A DNA stretch of 64,000 nt. Origin: Fistulifera solaris. Taxonomy: Eukaryota. The translations under genes were made by a program, and so were the position numbers. Position 1 is the first letter of the stretch. Every line of letters begins with the position of its first letter. Below, one piece after another: positions 1 to 12,060 of this stretch. A model generated the notes under the pieces. That model was not told the origin of the DNA and made no database searches. It worked only from the letters and a program-made list of their open reading frames with translations. The stretch covers positions 496,001 to 560,000 of the forward strand of contig AP026173.1 of the NCBI GenBank assembly GCA_030295235.1. Reading direction: 5' to 3'.

Positions 1-2144
1 CGCAGCATATATGCCGGCCAGTATTCCGGAACATTGTTTTCGCCGTCTCCTTCGTGTATTCCAGCCACCGCTAACGCTGGGCACGGCAGCGTATCAAGCA
101 CAGTCCCCAAGCTTGTGTAACCTTGATCGTACAACGAGCAATATGGCAGGTGAAAGAACCGTAGGAAGTGCCAAATGTGTCCGTAGGACCAGTCTAAAAT
201 TGGATTGACGCGCATGAATGGAGGCATGTAGGAACTGCTCGGAGCGAAAATTCCCTGATCCCCAGCGTTCGGATCTGTCGTTCGAGTACCGAGCACAAAA
301 GCCATGGGTGATGTTTGTGATGAGGAAACGTCCAAGCAATTGTTTGATACGAGCACATCCAATCCTTCCGCAAATTTAACTCCCCGTTGAAACGCAATCA
401 TTTCAAGCTCATAATCCTCTACTGACTGCCGTACAAAGTCCAGAATTTCTGGAAACTCGTCGGGATTATCAAAATAGATAACGCGAGGCCGATAGCGTAG
501 AACGTGTGGATTCTCAACATAGTAATGAGCCAGGGCGGCTCGTAATAAATGTAAGATCGCCACCGCATCTTTGCCGCCATTAAAGGAGCAAATCACAGAA
601 GCCGCTCCGTACAAGCGCAGTGCTTGATGAAGCACTTTTAACGATGAATCAAAGTAGTCTTTGATATAGCTGTCATTGCATTGAGTAAGCTTTTGATAGA
701 GCGTGTGCGCATCGAGGATCTGAGCTTCCGTCCAGAGTCCTCGGTGTTGCAAAGCAGCCGTAGGATTTTCTCGATCCAACGTTCGCCAAGAAGGTATCGT
801 TTCCTGACAGCGAATAGTCGCCATAGTAGCAATATTTCCGACGTTTATAGCGTTTCTGAAACGATGGGGCGCGAGGAAAGCGTTCGATTGGAGGAGTAGA
901 GATAATAAAAAAACGACCGAAAGCGCGTATCTTGTTGTAAGCATATTCGAGGACTTTCGCATCTAATTCCTCGTTCCTTGCTCCGCAAACAATCTCTGTT
1001 ATTGCCGTTGCTATCTCGTGATGAATTCAAATCGGCAATTCTTCTTTTGTCAACCAATGGCAATAGCAATAACGATCCGAGTCTCGCAAAGGTATATAAA
1101 GACAAAAGAATTTTTTGCCAGCTGCGTTACCGTCACAACTTTATTCACTCTAAGGTTTAGGGTTAATAATACTAGGGACTCAAAAAGTCGCGATGATGGT
1201 TGGCGCGATATGCTTATAACGATGCAGCGCAACTAATCGTAAGTTTCATTTCCAGTCCGTCTTTATGAAATCGATAAGCTACATCAATCTACTTATGAAG
1301 CGCAGCTTTAACTTTCGCTTCCTTCTGCATGGCAGTAACTGCTGCAAGCCAGTGCGGGGAATTGACACAAACAAACCGACTTTGATCTTCAACTGTTAAC
1401 GCACTGAATCGACCACCGGCCGTATTCTGATATCAACACATCAGTGATGTAACGATGTCCAAGATCGCCTTCGTTTGTGCACCAAAAGTCTCACTGTCAC
1501 CTTTTCTCTCAGTCATACATTCGATGACAGCCTCGCTATGATGTCCGGTGGCGCTGTAACGAAATCATTTTTCTCTTCGCTTTGAAAGTGAACATTCTTG
1601 TTGTGATCTCATATATGGTGGACTCCTTCACAATAATCGTTCACCGCGGACATTTTAAAGCAGGGCGGACACGCCGATTTCATCCAATTGTGAAACCGAA
1701 GGGTTGCTTCTTTGTACATGTTGTAGTAATCCGCCACTTTCGATTGTGGCAGAGTTATTAGATTTCACGTTCTTGCCGTGATATGTGCCCGGAGTGAACT
1801 GCTTCAGAGACGGCGGCTGCCCGCTCTGAAGCACAGCCGGCGAAGCTGACTTTATGCCGGCCTTGCCCCTTTTCTTGTTGATAAGGATTTTACTTGTGCG
1901 GATTCGCAGGATCCAGTTTTTTTATTTCAAACAAAGTTGATGTTGTTGTGGGTGGCGGTGTTTTTGTTTCGTTATTTCTTGCGCGCGTCGTTCACAATCT
2001 CAGAAACGAGACAATAACGAACTGGTATTACTGTGTCGTAATGCTCTTCAGTAACGACGGCTGCGCTGATTGGCTGCTAGTAGATGCCAATGGCGGCTTG
2101 CGGTCTTCTTTTTGTTGTTGTGTGCTTTCTTGTTGTTCGGCATG
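1..2144 (-). pseudogene. Degraded DUF6604-like gene running off the left edge
   Basis: Manual minus-strand translation of 1740-1440 gives KVADYYNMYKEATLRFHNWMKSAC...HHI*...APPDIIARLSSNV*LREK and, after a frameshift, GDLGHRYITDVL. This resembles the DUF6604 N-terminus (Y..YK..T..F..W; H..I.VL). In-frame TGA at 1611-1609 and 1515-1513; the rest is broken into short ORFs. The family call is by eye and the start is approximate. Confidence 0.5.
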
Positions 2145-2406
2145 ATTTACTCCCAATTGCAATGATAGAAGAAGTTTCATCTCGACGGCACATATAACTT
2201 TTCTCGGAAAAATCCGCGACGGATCTTTTTTCGTCCGTGCGTTGTTCGCGGTTCACGCTTCACGGCATTGAAATAACGTACACAATACGGACGACGGATG
2301 CTCTCTTCAACAAACATTCTCGTTATATTTGTATAAAAACCGTCACCATAGCATTCATTATTTAATCAATCCTTTGTGCATGCAATTTGAACCCAATAAA
2401 CAAAAC

Positions 2407-2751
2407 ATGACAAAATTTACATCGCTCTTCTTACTGGTTCTAGCGGTGAGCACATGCACTGCCTTCATGATACCAACGCGCTGCAATACTTTCCCAACAA
2501 GTCGTCTGTCGGCCGAAAACCAGGATGAGAAACTGAAACAATTGGGATTTTCCGACAATGAAATACAACGCAAGGAAAGCGATTTTCAACCACCTACTGT
2601 TCGTGTTGACTTGATTGAAGATGTAGACCCGATTACCTTAACGGCGATCGGTTTTGCGCTAATTGCGGCTAATTTTCTAATTTTTGCGAATCTGGGGGAT
2701 GGGGGTATTGCCGGACTCGTTGCCACTGTTATCAACATGTCAAGGCAATAA
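2407..2751 (+). CDS. Small predicted plastid-targeted membrane protein
   Basis: Signal peptide ending in an ASAF-like site (VSTCTA-FM), transit-like segment, and C-terminal hydrophobic hairpin (ITLTAIGFALIAANFLIFANLGDGGIAGLVA). Confidence 0.7.
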   Translation: MTKFTSLFLLVLAVSTCTAFMIPTRCNTFPTSRLSAENQDEKLKQLGFSDNEIQRKESDFQPPTVRVDLIEDVDPITLTAIGFALIAANFLIFANLGDGGIAGLVATVINMSRQ

Positions 2752-2909
2752 AAAAGCGCATACTGCTTAACAGAATAGTAAGAATACCGATTTGGGGTAT
2801 GGGTATAGCTGGACTCGTCGCAACCGTAAATTTAAGCTGAATAAAACAAAAGCAGAAGGATCGCGAATACGGCTTAACGAAATACTAATATACAGCAGTT
2901 GTAATCTAC

Positions 2910-4716
2910 TCATCTACTTTTTCGGAGACGATTTCTCCAAACGGCAGGAAATAACTCGTCCGGAACCGCGAGTTCGTGCCGAAACGACCAATATTGAGCA
3001 TGATCACGTGTATACGGCACATCGCGAAACACAAACGCATCGCGTGGAAGATCCCATAACACTTCCTTCACTCGCAGAAAACAAATCTCGGTGCTCTTCT
3101 TGTCTATCCATGTCACAATTTCGGCCACGTAGCGCAGATCGTTCGTTCGCAGTCGAATCCGACAGAAATGATGTTCTTTCTCGGAAGGTCGTAGTCCTCT
3201 CATTTGTCGATACTCTTCTCGGCACATCAATTCAACATTTGGAGGATGTTTCGTCCTTCGACTGCTATTTTCTTCGGCAACAGTGGGTAAAATGCTGTCG
3301 AAATCCGCGTTGAGCTCGACTTCAGTGGCACCCGGATCGTCCTGTGGTTTCCACTGGGCGACATGTTGCTTCCATGCGGCCACCCACGCGGGTCCGTAAT
3401 CGAGAAAAATCTCTTCCCCTTCGGCAATATCTCGCATTGCAATGTATTCCCATGTCAAACCCGCCGTGTATCGATAGGCCCATTCTTCGATGGGCTGCTC
3501 CAGCCATTCCGGACGCAAGGTTAACTTGTGACTCCAAGCAATGCGCACATTCGGTTTTGCGGCGTGATTGATCGCACTGGTCGCCACCCCGTACGGACAC
3601 AACAACAAGGTACTGTCGGAATGACCGAAACAATAATTGAGTAGCAGTTGTTGATGTACAATCGGTCCACCAGGGACCGATCGAATGTCGTGCATTTTCA
3701 TGATCGATCGATCGGGAATGTGCAAGAGAGGAACCGCCGCGACGACATGTCCCTCTGGAATGGCTTGTGTTGCAAAAGCTCCCCGTCCCGCTTGTTTCAC
3801 GGTACTGGGACGAATGTGAAGATTACCGACACACGTCCCTGCTCGCGCAACCAGGACACAGAACGAATGCTGCGTGCTTGATCGACCGTGACGGTTCCGT
3901 TGGTAGCTACATTTCGAATCGTTTCTATAAAATCCGTAGAATCCGACAAGTCCGGCAACGCTCGGAGGGTCCGACTGGGCCACGTATTCGATACGTTGGT
4001 GCGTATGAAATGATACAAATCGGAGAAGACGGCTGCCGGTAGAATGGATCGCGAATCAGGAAGAAACTCGTCTACCAAGTCCTCTAGCAATTCATCTGCA
4101 AAGTCAAACGACTCTGGAAAGGGCACCATCCCTATTGACGCGATACGCGTATCTTGTAAAAAGTAATCACGTCCGTAATCCACAAACAATTCTTGACCGG
4201 CTGGAACATCATTAGTCGCGTAACCATACCGATCATGATATGGAGTAAAGGCTCCGACACCCGGATCATGACGCCGCGACAAGCCTGCCGTATCAAAACG
4301 ATTGAGACTTTCGTCCACTTGAATGGAAGAAAACAAACAATTCGGTAAAGCACCAATACCAAACGATGCTCCAAATACTTCATGACCTTCTTCTTGCATC
4401 CGCAAAAGGAATGATCCGCCCACGTATATTCATCCCACACAAACAAATGATCGTGATCGAAGGAATCGACGTCATTATGCCAGTGCATATCCAATAAGGG
4501 AACCGTCAAATCACCGGGTGTGATGGTTTCATGAGTTACAAACGATTTTCCCGCAAAGAGACCCAAGCCGGCACCCGGAATCGTCGAGGGAGCAATCCAC
4601 AAGGAACATTCTGGAACATCGGGAGGATGGGCGTGTGTCGTTGTTGTGTGTAGGAGTAGCAAGGCTATGACAAAAAGTCGTCGGCGATGATTCAAAACAT
4701 GAGACATCGTGCTCAC
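2910..4716 (-). CDS. Signal-peptide-bearing protein with two SET methyltransferase-like domains (frameshifted in this assembly)
   Basis: Three overlapping ORFs (4132-4716, 3797-4423, 2910-3983). Signal peptide; CSLWIAPSTIPGAGLGLFAG...GQELFVDYG (SET 1); IRPSTVKQAGRGAFA...AINH...GEEIFLDYG (SET 2). Confidence 0.8.
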
Positions 4717-5151
4717 ACTATTCTTCGTCTATTCTTCTTTGGTCAAACTAAGAAGTTGTTCTAGGCTCCAAAGTAAATAAAGACACCAGGTAATAATAGT
4801 GCCATAAGCAAGGGCAATGCCTTTGAATAAGGGAAAAAATGTGTATGTGCATGCTGCAAATGATAAAAAAAAAGCCGGTGCACGACGCGTTTATTGAAAG
4901 AGGAAATCATGCAAAAGGCGCGCGTGCTGGATACTGCATGCAGCTATACATAGAACGTAAATCTGTCGTAGCAATAATGGCTCAAAAAACGAGTCTCTAC
5001 AGTTTAGCTGATACAAAGCCATCAACCGAGCGTATCCTTTTCCTTCCGCGTGATAACGCATACACACCTGGCGAGAGCGTTGCAATCATTCCTTCGGTAG
5101 ATGATAAAAACAACATTGTAGATTGACATTCTACTACACGCAAACAAACAC

Positions 5152-5634
5152 ATGGACCCACCCGCACCTTTCCATCCGACGGCGACGCGTCGTTCGCGCG
5201 TGCAAGTCGGCGTCGGTGTCGTCGTCGTGCGTCCCGAAGACGGACGCGTGTATGCGGGGATTCGACGCAACAGTCACGGTGCCGGCTTGTTGGCCTTGCC
5301 GGGAGGGCACTTGGAATTGTACGAAGAGTGGGAGGAATGTGCCCGTCGTGAAGTCAAGGAAGAAATGAATCTGTCACTCGATAACGTGCAGTTTCTGCAT
5401 GTCACCAACGATCCCATGCCCGATGAAAACAAACATTATATAACCATCTTTATGATGGGGACTGCCACAGGAGAGCCTATCAATGCGGAACCACACAAAT
5501 GCGAAGGATGGTATGCGTTCGATTGGATTGATTTGATGCAACGAAATGACGATCTGTTTGGGCCGCTGCGAAATCTAATACGGGGCAATCCTTCCTCCTT
5601 GCAGCAATTTATACAACAAGTGCTTCAAAGATAG
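5152..5634 (+). CDS. Nudix hydrolase (NUDT15 / plant NUDT1-like)
   Basis: Nudix box GGHLELYEEWEECARREVKEEMNL; VGVGV, HYITIFM and EPHKCEGW motifs. Confidence 0.9.
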   Translation: MDPPAPFHPTATRRSRVQVGVGVVVVRPEDGRVYAGIRRNSHGAGLLALPGGHLELYEEWEECARREVKEEMNLSLDNVQFLHVTNDPMPDENKHYITIFMMGTATGEPINAEPHKCEGWYAFDWIDLMQRNDDLFGPLRNLIRGNPSSLQQFIQQVLQR

Positions 5635-5741
5635 ACAGAAAATACTTGGGGTGAAAAGAGATATCGACAGACTTTATTTTTTGCTTGCAGCTTTTTCCAG
5701 CAATCCGTTCGGGACGAATGATGTAGCCATTCTTTGATATG

Positions 5742-6683
5742 TTAGAGATGATGTTGAAGACCCAGCGAATAATACATCCCGATCGCCACAAGTACCGCAA
5801 CTCCACACATAAAGCCATTGTTAGTAGCAAAAAGTGGTTTTGTCTGTTGTTTACAAGTATCATCCGTCGATCGTGGACTCGCAACGAGAGCCGGTGGTGC
5901 ATCCCAAAAGTCACAGTTGTCCTTTTCTCGCAGCGCACAAGGTTTGCAGACAGTCTTTACTAGTACCTGTTTTGACACGTCGTGATCGTCGCCTCGACTC
6001 GTCACGGCTAATTTAGATGGTTCATCTTCGTGCGTAACAGAAGTACTAGTAGAACTACTCTTCTCTTCGATCTCACCTTCCGTGTCAAAACCGTCTGCTG
6101 AAATACAATCGAGAAAAGCACCGGGTCCGACGTAGGCCGCAACCTTTTTGGCGGTAGGAGTACATCGAGCATCGATCTGTTCTGCCACAATACTGTTCGT
6201 CGTCAAACACTTTTCGTGATTATAGGTCGCGTCCCTTAACATCGATTCGACGGATGTTAGTGGTAAAGCACCCGTTTGTACATACTCCTGCAAATTTGTT
6301 TCAATCTGATGGGCAGCATCACGGACCGGAATCTCCAACTCGGGTAATTCGACGCACGTGGAAGATTTTACCGTTGCCTCTGGACTTATGGAATGACGTG
6401 GATGCATCGCTTGACGCGATTCTCTGCGCCATTTCGTAATGGAAAGATAAATCGCATCGAGTGGCGATATTTCCCGATTCGCTGATACCTTCGTCGTTGT
6501 TGTAGTCGTCCTTGGACGCTTGTTCACAGGATCGTTTTGCAGTGCTACCTTGGCGACCTGTTCATTGAAATGACGATTGAGCTGTGTCGTCAAACCTCGT
6601 TGTCGAAGCGCTTCAAGCTCAGATTGTCGCTCTGTCGGTGTGAATGTTCGGGTGGAGGCAGGAGGTGATTCCTTTCGGTTCAT
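5742..6683 (-). CDS. Hypothetical protein with C-terminal transmembrane anchor
   Basis: 313-aa ATG ORF ending in the hydrophobic segment FMCGVAVLVAIGMYYSL; no recognised domain. Confidence 0.6.
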   Translation of the reverse strand: MNRKESPPASTRTFTPTERQSELEALRQRGLTTQLNRHFNEQVAKVALQNDPVNKRPRTTTTTTKVSANREISPLDAIYLSITKWRRESRQAMHPRHSISPEATVKSSTCVELPELEIPVRDAAHQIETNLQEYVQTGALPLTSVESMLRDATYNHEKCLTTNSIVAEQIDARCTPTAKKVAAYVGPGAFLDCISADGFDTEGEIEEKSSSTSTSVTHEDEPSKLAVTSRGDDHDVSKQVLVKTVCKPCALREKDNCDFWDAPPALVASPRSTDDTCKQQTKPLFATNNGFMCGVAVLVAIGMYYSLGLQHHL

Positions 6684-7120
6684 GCTTGTAGTTTATGAAT
6701 GATGCAATGAATGCTTCTTATTATGAAAAGATGGATGTAATAACTCCCGCACCTCTGCTCCGATTTTGTGGAGGAGAGATCGAACATCGAACGACGTCAA
6801 AAAATATTTTGATGGGGTGAAAATGACGCGTGAAAGTGAAAGATTGATATTTGAAAAAAAGACGGCTCGATTGACATTCATGCGTGTACATTTAACTCTA
6901 TACTATTGTTTCCGTTGAAAAGCTACCGTTTACGTTTCTGCGCCGGCCGCGTCATACTATGGAACTATGAACTCACAACTCACAACACTCACTCCAATAA
7001 GTGAGTCACGAATGACAGCAATAATTGTTGAAGATCGATTTATTTATCATTCTCCCTCTTTCCTTTCAAATATCCTTCTCTACACTTCTTATTCAGTACA
7101 ACACACATCTTTACATCACC

Positions 7121-8218
7121 ATGGAAATGTCAAATCGAGCTTCCCGCGTGCATCCAAAGGATCTTTCCGCCATCGAAGCCGGCGAGGAGCAGGAGCCACT
7201 GATCGAAAAATCATCATCACCGGAGCCTGCCAAGAAAGCACCCATCGTATCGCGACAGGGTCTTTTCGTGTTAATGCTTCTGGCGGTACAAAACTGTTTC
7301 AAGAATTTACTCATGCGATATGTGATGAAAGATCAACCACAATTTTTGACATCCGCGGCCGTCTTGGGATCGGAATCACTCAAACTCACGTTGAGTGTTC
7401 TTTACATTCTGTTGATTCAGAAAAAATCATTCGGATCCATTTTACAATATCTCAAAGAAGACAGACGCAACACACTGTTACTAGCCGTACCCGCGTCGGC
7501 GTATAACTTTCAAATGAGTATGGAATACGTCGCCCTGGCCAACATCAATGCAGCACTCTTTAGTGTTCTCGTGCAATCGAAACTACTCTTTACGGCCACA
7601 TTCGCGGCTTTGTTTTTGCGGCAAAAACTCAAATACATACAAATTGTCTCTTTGACGCAACTGACGACAGGTGTGATGCTGTGTAATTTGGCCAAAATGG
7701 CAACATCGTCCTCGTCCGAGACGTTGGATCCAGGCATGTGGGTAGGAATTACCGCGACACTGGCGATTGCCTTGTCGTCGGGCTTTGCCAGTGTCTATAC
7801 CGAAAAGGTTATCAAAGCACAAAAAGGCCGAACCGTCCAAGATCAAGATTACGGTTTGGCCTACACGCAAGTGCAACTCGCCCTCATGAGCATCGTCACG
7901 ATTGGGGCGTACGCGGCCTTTCGCGATTGGGACGCCATTGTGACGAATGGACTGTTTCACAACTTTTCGACGGGTGCTTTCTTGTCCGTGGCGAGTAGCG
8001 CTTTGGGTGGATTGATTGTGGCGGGCGTATTGAAGTATGCGGATTCGGTTTTAAAAGGATACGCGACCGCGCTTTCGGTGATTTTAACGGGGATTCTTTC
8101 CCGTATCATGTTTGGGACGGAGTTGAATGCCATCTACTTCATGGGAATCAGCAATGTTGTGATTGCTGTCATTTTGTACAACGGCGGTGAAGAATTGAAT
8201 CGCTACGTGTGTTCTTGA
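7121..8218 (+). CDS. Nucleotide-sugar transporter (SLC35A, UDP-Gal/CMP-Sia type)
   Basis: Multi-pass membrane protein with AVPASAY, QSKLLFTA, SGFASVYTEK and GGLIVAGVLKYADSVLKGYATA motifs. Confidence 0.92.
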   Translation: MEMSNRASRVHPKDLSAIEAGEEQEPLIEKSSSPEPAKKAPIVSRQGLFVLMLLAVQNCFKNLLMRYVMKDQPQFLTSAAVLGSESLKLTLSVLYILLIQKKSFGSILQYLKEDRRNTLLLAVPASAYNFQMSMEYVALANINAALFSVLVQSKLLFTATFAALFLRQKLKYIQIVSLTQLTTGVMLCNLAKMATSSSSETLDPGMWVGITATLAIALSSGFASVYTEKVIKAQKGRTVQDQDYGLAYTQVQLALMSIVTIGAYAAFRDWDAIVTNGLFHNFSTGAFLSVASSALGGLIVAGVLKYADSVLKGYATALSVILTGILSRIMFGTELNAIYFMGISNVVIAVILYNGGEELNRYVCS

Positions 8219-8772
8219 ACAGAATGAATCAAGCACCATCATCCAAGCCATGGCGTCTTGGCCACTTTTGGCACGTTTCTAGCGCAGCAACGATCTATTT
8301 CTAGAGTTTCTGGAGGGTCTCACGGAAAGCTAGAAGCCAAAGGAGAACTATAACGATGGGTAGACGCATAGTAGGGACTAATGAATAAGGAAGCTTTGAG
8401 CTCTGCCCCATTTATGCCAAGAATGAACCATAGCATTTTGATGTCGCAGTGGCCATCTTCAGAATTTTCGAATTCGTCAGTCGTGCGTCTCACATCGCCC
8501 AAATTCCTATGCGTAAACCTACTCTCTTGTCGACAGTCACTTGGTCCTGCTTGCGCAATAATTCAACTCCGAGCCGTTTTCCGTTCCTTTAGGTTTTCAT
8601 GAGAAACGGGTGTCAAACCCGCATCACAGAAGCTTCACTGCCGTGTCACCAAACGAACATTTTCTGTCAAACCTGTCGGTCGTTTCCCATCTGTCGATTA
8701 TCATATCGTTGATATCTTGTTCGAGTCACTTCTTTCCATTCTTTCATCCGTCCTTCCTTGCTATCTGCTAGA

Positions 8773-10058
8773 ATGCCTCCGAATCAACGCGACTTTCACG
8801 TGTTATCCAGTCATATCGAAGATGAAGATTCGTCGACCCGTCGCTACCGTTGCGCAGTCCTGGGTTGCGGCATGATGGGACAAGAACATGTATCGTACAT
8901 GGCGGGTTATGCGGACCGCGTGAGCATTGACTTTCTCTGTGATCCTCACACCGATTCACTGGATAAGTGCGTCAAAGTTCTTCGTGAATTCTCTTCTACA
9001 GTCAAGACCCCGATGTTGCTCCAAGACGAAGAAGAGCTCTGGCAGTTTGCTCATTCCATCGACTTGTTGGTGATTGCCACACCCAACTACCATCACGCTG
9101 GTCAACTGCTGCGCTGGGCGAATAACGATATGACCATTTTGGTGGAGAAGCCCGCGGCTATCTCGACTGCTCAGATCGAGGCCTTGAATGTTCACATGAA
9201 TGCCCGCGTTTGGGTGGCCATGGAATATCGATTCATGCCGGCCATTCGCCAACTTTTAGAGCTACGAGATATGGTCGGCGACATTCAGATGGTGACGATA
9301 CGCGAGAATCGCTTTCCTTTCTTACACAAGATCGGAGCTTGGAATCGCGATCCCCAAAAGACCGGAGACACGCTCGTGGAGAAATGGTAAGTAACTCTCT
9401 GTCAGAAAAGACCCGTGGATGTCTTTGTCAAGCAAATGCCTTACACACACTGGCACAATTCATATTTCGTAGCTGCCACTTCTTTGACTTGATGCGTCTC
9501 ATCACGGGACAAGAAGTTGATCTCGACAAAATACGTACCATGGCGCAACGTGGTATCAACTACGAACACGAAACTCTGACGACCGATCCAATCATCGATG
9601 CAGCTTATGTGATGATGAAGTTTCGAAAAGGATCGGAACAGCGCGTGGCCGCCATGGGATGCTTGGAGTTGTGCATGTACGCCGACGGTAGTCGCCACCA
9701 GGAAGAGATTGTCGTGACGGGTACGAAAGGACGATTGGAGGCGTATTTGCCAGAGAACAAGGTGTACGCGTTCGTTCGACCGAATCAGGATCAATGGAAA
9801 GACCGAAGCGTCCCACCACCGAGAAATGTCGTTCAACCAACTATTTTTGATTGCAACAAAATGATGGACGACCAAATCATTCCATCGCATGGTGGCTATC
9901 ATTATGGAAGCACGGCTGTCGAGTGGTACCGTCTACTCAATGCTATGGACTCTTACAAAGTGACAGGCGAGTGGGAGCCGGCCGTCTCATTGACAGATGG
10001 TATCAGAGCCGTGGAGATTGGCTTGACTGCAACCGCAGAGATCGTCAACGATCTCTGA
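8773..10058 (+). CDS. Gfo/Idh/MocA oxidoreductase (inositol 2-dehydrogenase-like); intron 9387-9472
   Basis: GCGMMG Rossmann motif, IATPN, VEKP. Splicing GTAAGT(9387)...TAG(9472) restores LVEKCCHFFDLM. Confidence 0.9.
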
Positions 10059-10145
10059 AGAAATGAAAACCTTTTCAATAAACCATCCTAAAGACAATAA
10101 AGTCTTAATGCATATCAACAATTTTATTACATACATTTAAAGATC

Positions 10146-11517
10146 CTATGTTCGTACACTGGCGTAGTATTGGCCTAAAGGAGTCAGAGTTCCATCCAAA
10201 TTGAACAAGGCAGAGCTTGTCCCTTCTGGTCGATCGATTTCAAACGAGAACCATGCATATCCCATCACCCATGGCTGCTCCTCCAACCATGGAATTGCCT
10301 CTTTGCAAAGTTCAGAACCGTTTCCGCGGAGTGTCGGTTGTTTTGAACCGTAGTAGCGGACCAGTCAGCAGGAGCGAATTCGGTGATTAGAATGGGCTTT
10401 CCGTACTTCTCGTAGACTGCTTGCATTTTCGTCTTGAAACTATTCACGTTGGGTCCCCCGTACCAGTGAACGCCAATCCAGTCGACACGATAACACAATT
10501 CGACAACCCGACTCATAAATTCTTCCATCCATGCACCCAGGGGATCCACACAAGAAGGACTGACTAGGCTGAGACCCGTCTCTTCAAGTTGAGGCCAAAA
10601 ATCAATGGCTTGATCGACCGACATGTTCGCTTGATTCTGTTTATCTGGCTCATTGAAACCCAATAAGCGTTTTGCTCGCCTGCTTTGTATCTGTGGCAGA
10701 ACGTGATCTTGAATGAATTCAGGAACAAACCAAGGACCCCAAATCATGGGAGTGAACTCCATGTCCATCGGCTGAGCGTCGATCCGATATGCACCCCAGT
10801 TGTAATTCCAGTAACCGTTCAGCGCTTCTACTTTGGGAAGATTTTCAATCCATGACCCTTTTGTCCTTCCGGTCGCAATGTAAACGCTACTCCTTTTTTA
10901 CCCGGAAGGGGTGCTGGGGTTGGATGCTTAGCACAGCCGGTGGGGTCCAGAATCGGTGCGTACAGAGTGGGACTGAACAGTTGCATAGATCTTGAAGGTG
11001 CAGCGCTGGGTGCCGTAATGCGTAGATTGCTAGTACTCGCCGATGGGGAAATCGTAGGAGATGAAGTCAATTCGACCAAAGTCAGAGTAGGAGCAACATT
11101 GGATCCGCTCTCGTTTCGATTCAGTCCATACTTGAGGGCAAGCGCACAAAAAGTAAAGGAAAATACGATGACGAGAGAAAAGAGGAGAAACAAACTGGTT
11201 CTCCTTGGGTTAGAAAACAGTTCTTCTTTGAGCTCACGCCACAAAGTTGACTTTCTTTCGTCACTTCCACTTGACTCGATAGGGGTATCACCTTTCTCAC
11301 ATTCGCTATGCTGGAATGTAACAGTTTCTTCATCTTTTCTTGAGAGACTCATCTTTGCCAAATTAGGATTTACGCTTCCATACGTGCCCTGGTCCAAGAT
11401 CTCTGAAATGCAGCGCAGGTACCGCTCACGGTTTGGTGCTGGCATTGTCGATTGACCTTGGCGGTTCTCACCCTGATCACATTTGGTATCATTTCGTTTC
11501 ATCGTTCTGTCTTGCAT
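10146..11517 (-). CDS. Type II membrane GH128-like endo-beta-1,3-glucanase (frameshifted)
   Basis: Transmembrane segment and S/T/P stalk, then KKG, YWNYNW, FTPMIWG, LGFNEPD, LVSPS, GVHWY and ITEFA. Both catalytic Glu are present. Two frameshifts (about 10850 and 10300); stop TAG at 10148-10146. Confidence 0.82.
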
Positions 11518-12060
11518 ACGAAAGATCGAAACGTGTGATGCGTTGTGTTGTATCTTGGATCCGATAGCAACGACGTCTCTTTTCTCTGCATCTATTCTCT
11601 TTGAACATAATGAGATATTTGAAAAGTGCACCACTTTCGTTCTCGTCCGCTTTTATTGTGAGCTCACAAAATAGTCGCCCCTTGGGTTGTTCCATCACAG
11701 TTTGTGTACTGTTGGCATGGCAAAAAACGTCGGAGGGGCAATAGTCTGCGAGCCCGCGAATTTGGGGCTCTTGCGGGTCTGCTCCACAAGGCTACTTTCA
11801 TTTATATAATTATTTTTCGCGGCACTGATTACTTAGATGAGGGAATGACCCAAATTTATCGTGCCGAAGGCTATTTTAGGCCGTTCTGGCCGAAATGCCA
11901 CCACGTCTGTCCTGTGCGCGTTACTTATTGCCGATTGCAAAGAACACGAAAGCATCCGAATGAATGAATGAAAAAAATCGAGCGCTATAAACACATTCGC
12001 ACCCTTTTTGACTTCCGTGCATAACCATTGCATTCAAACAAGTCACCTTTTGACAACATT

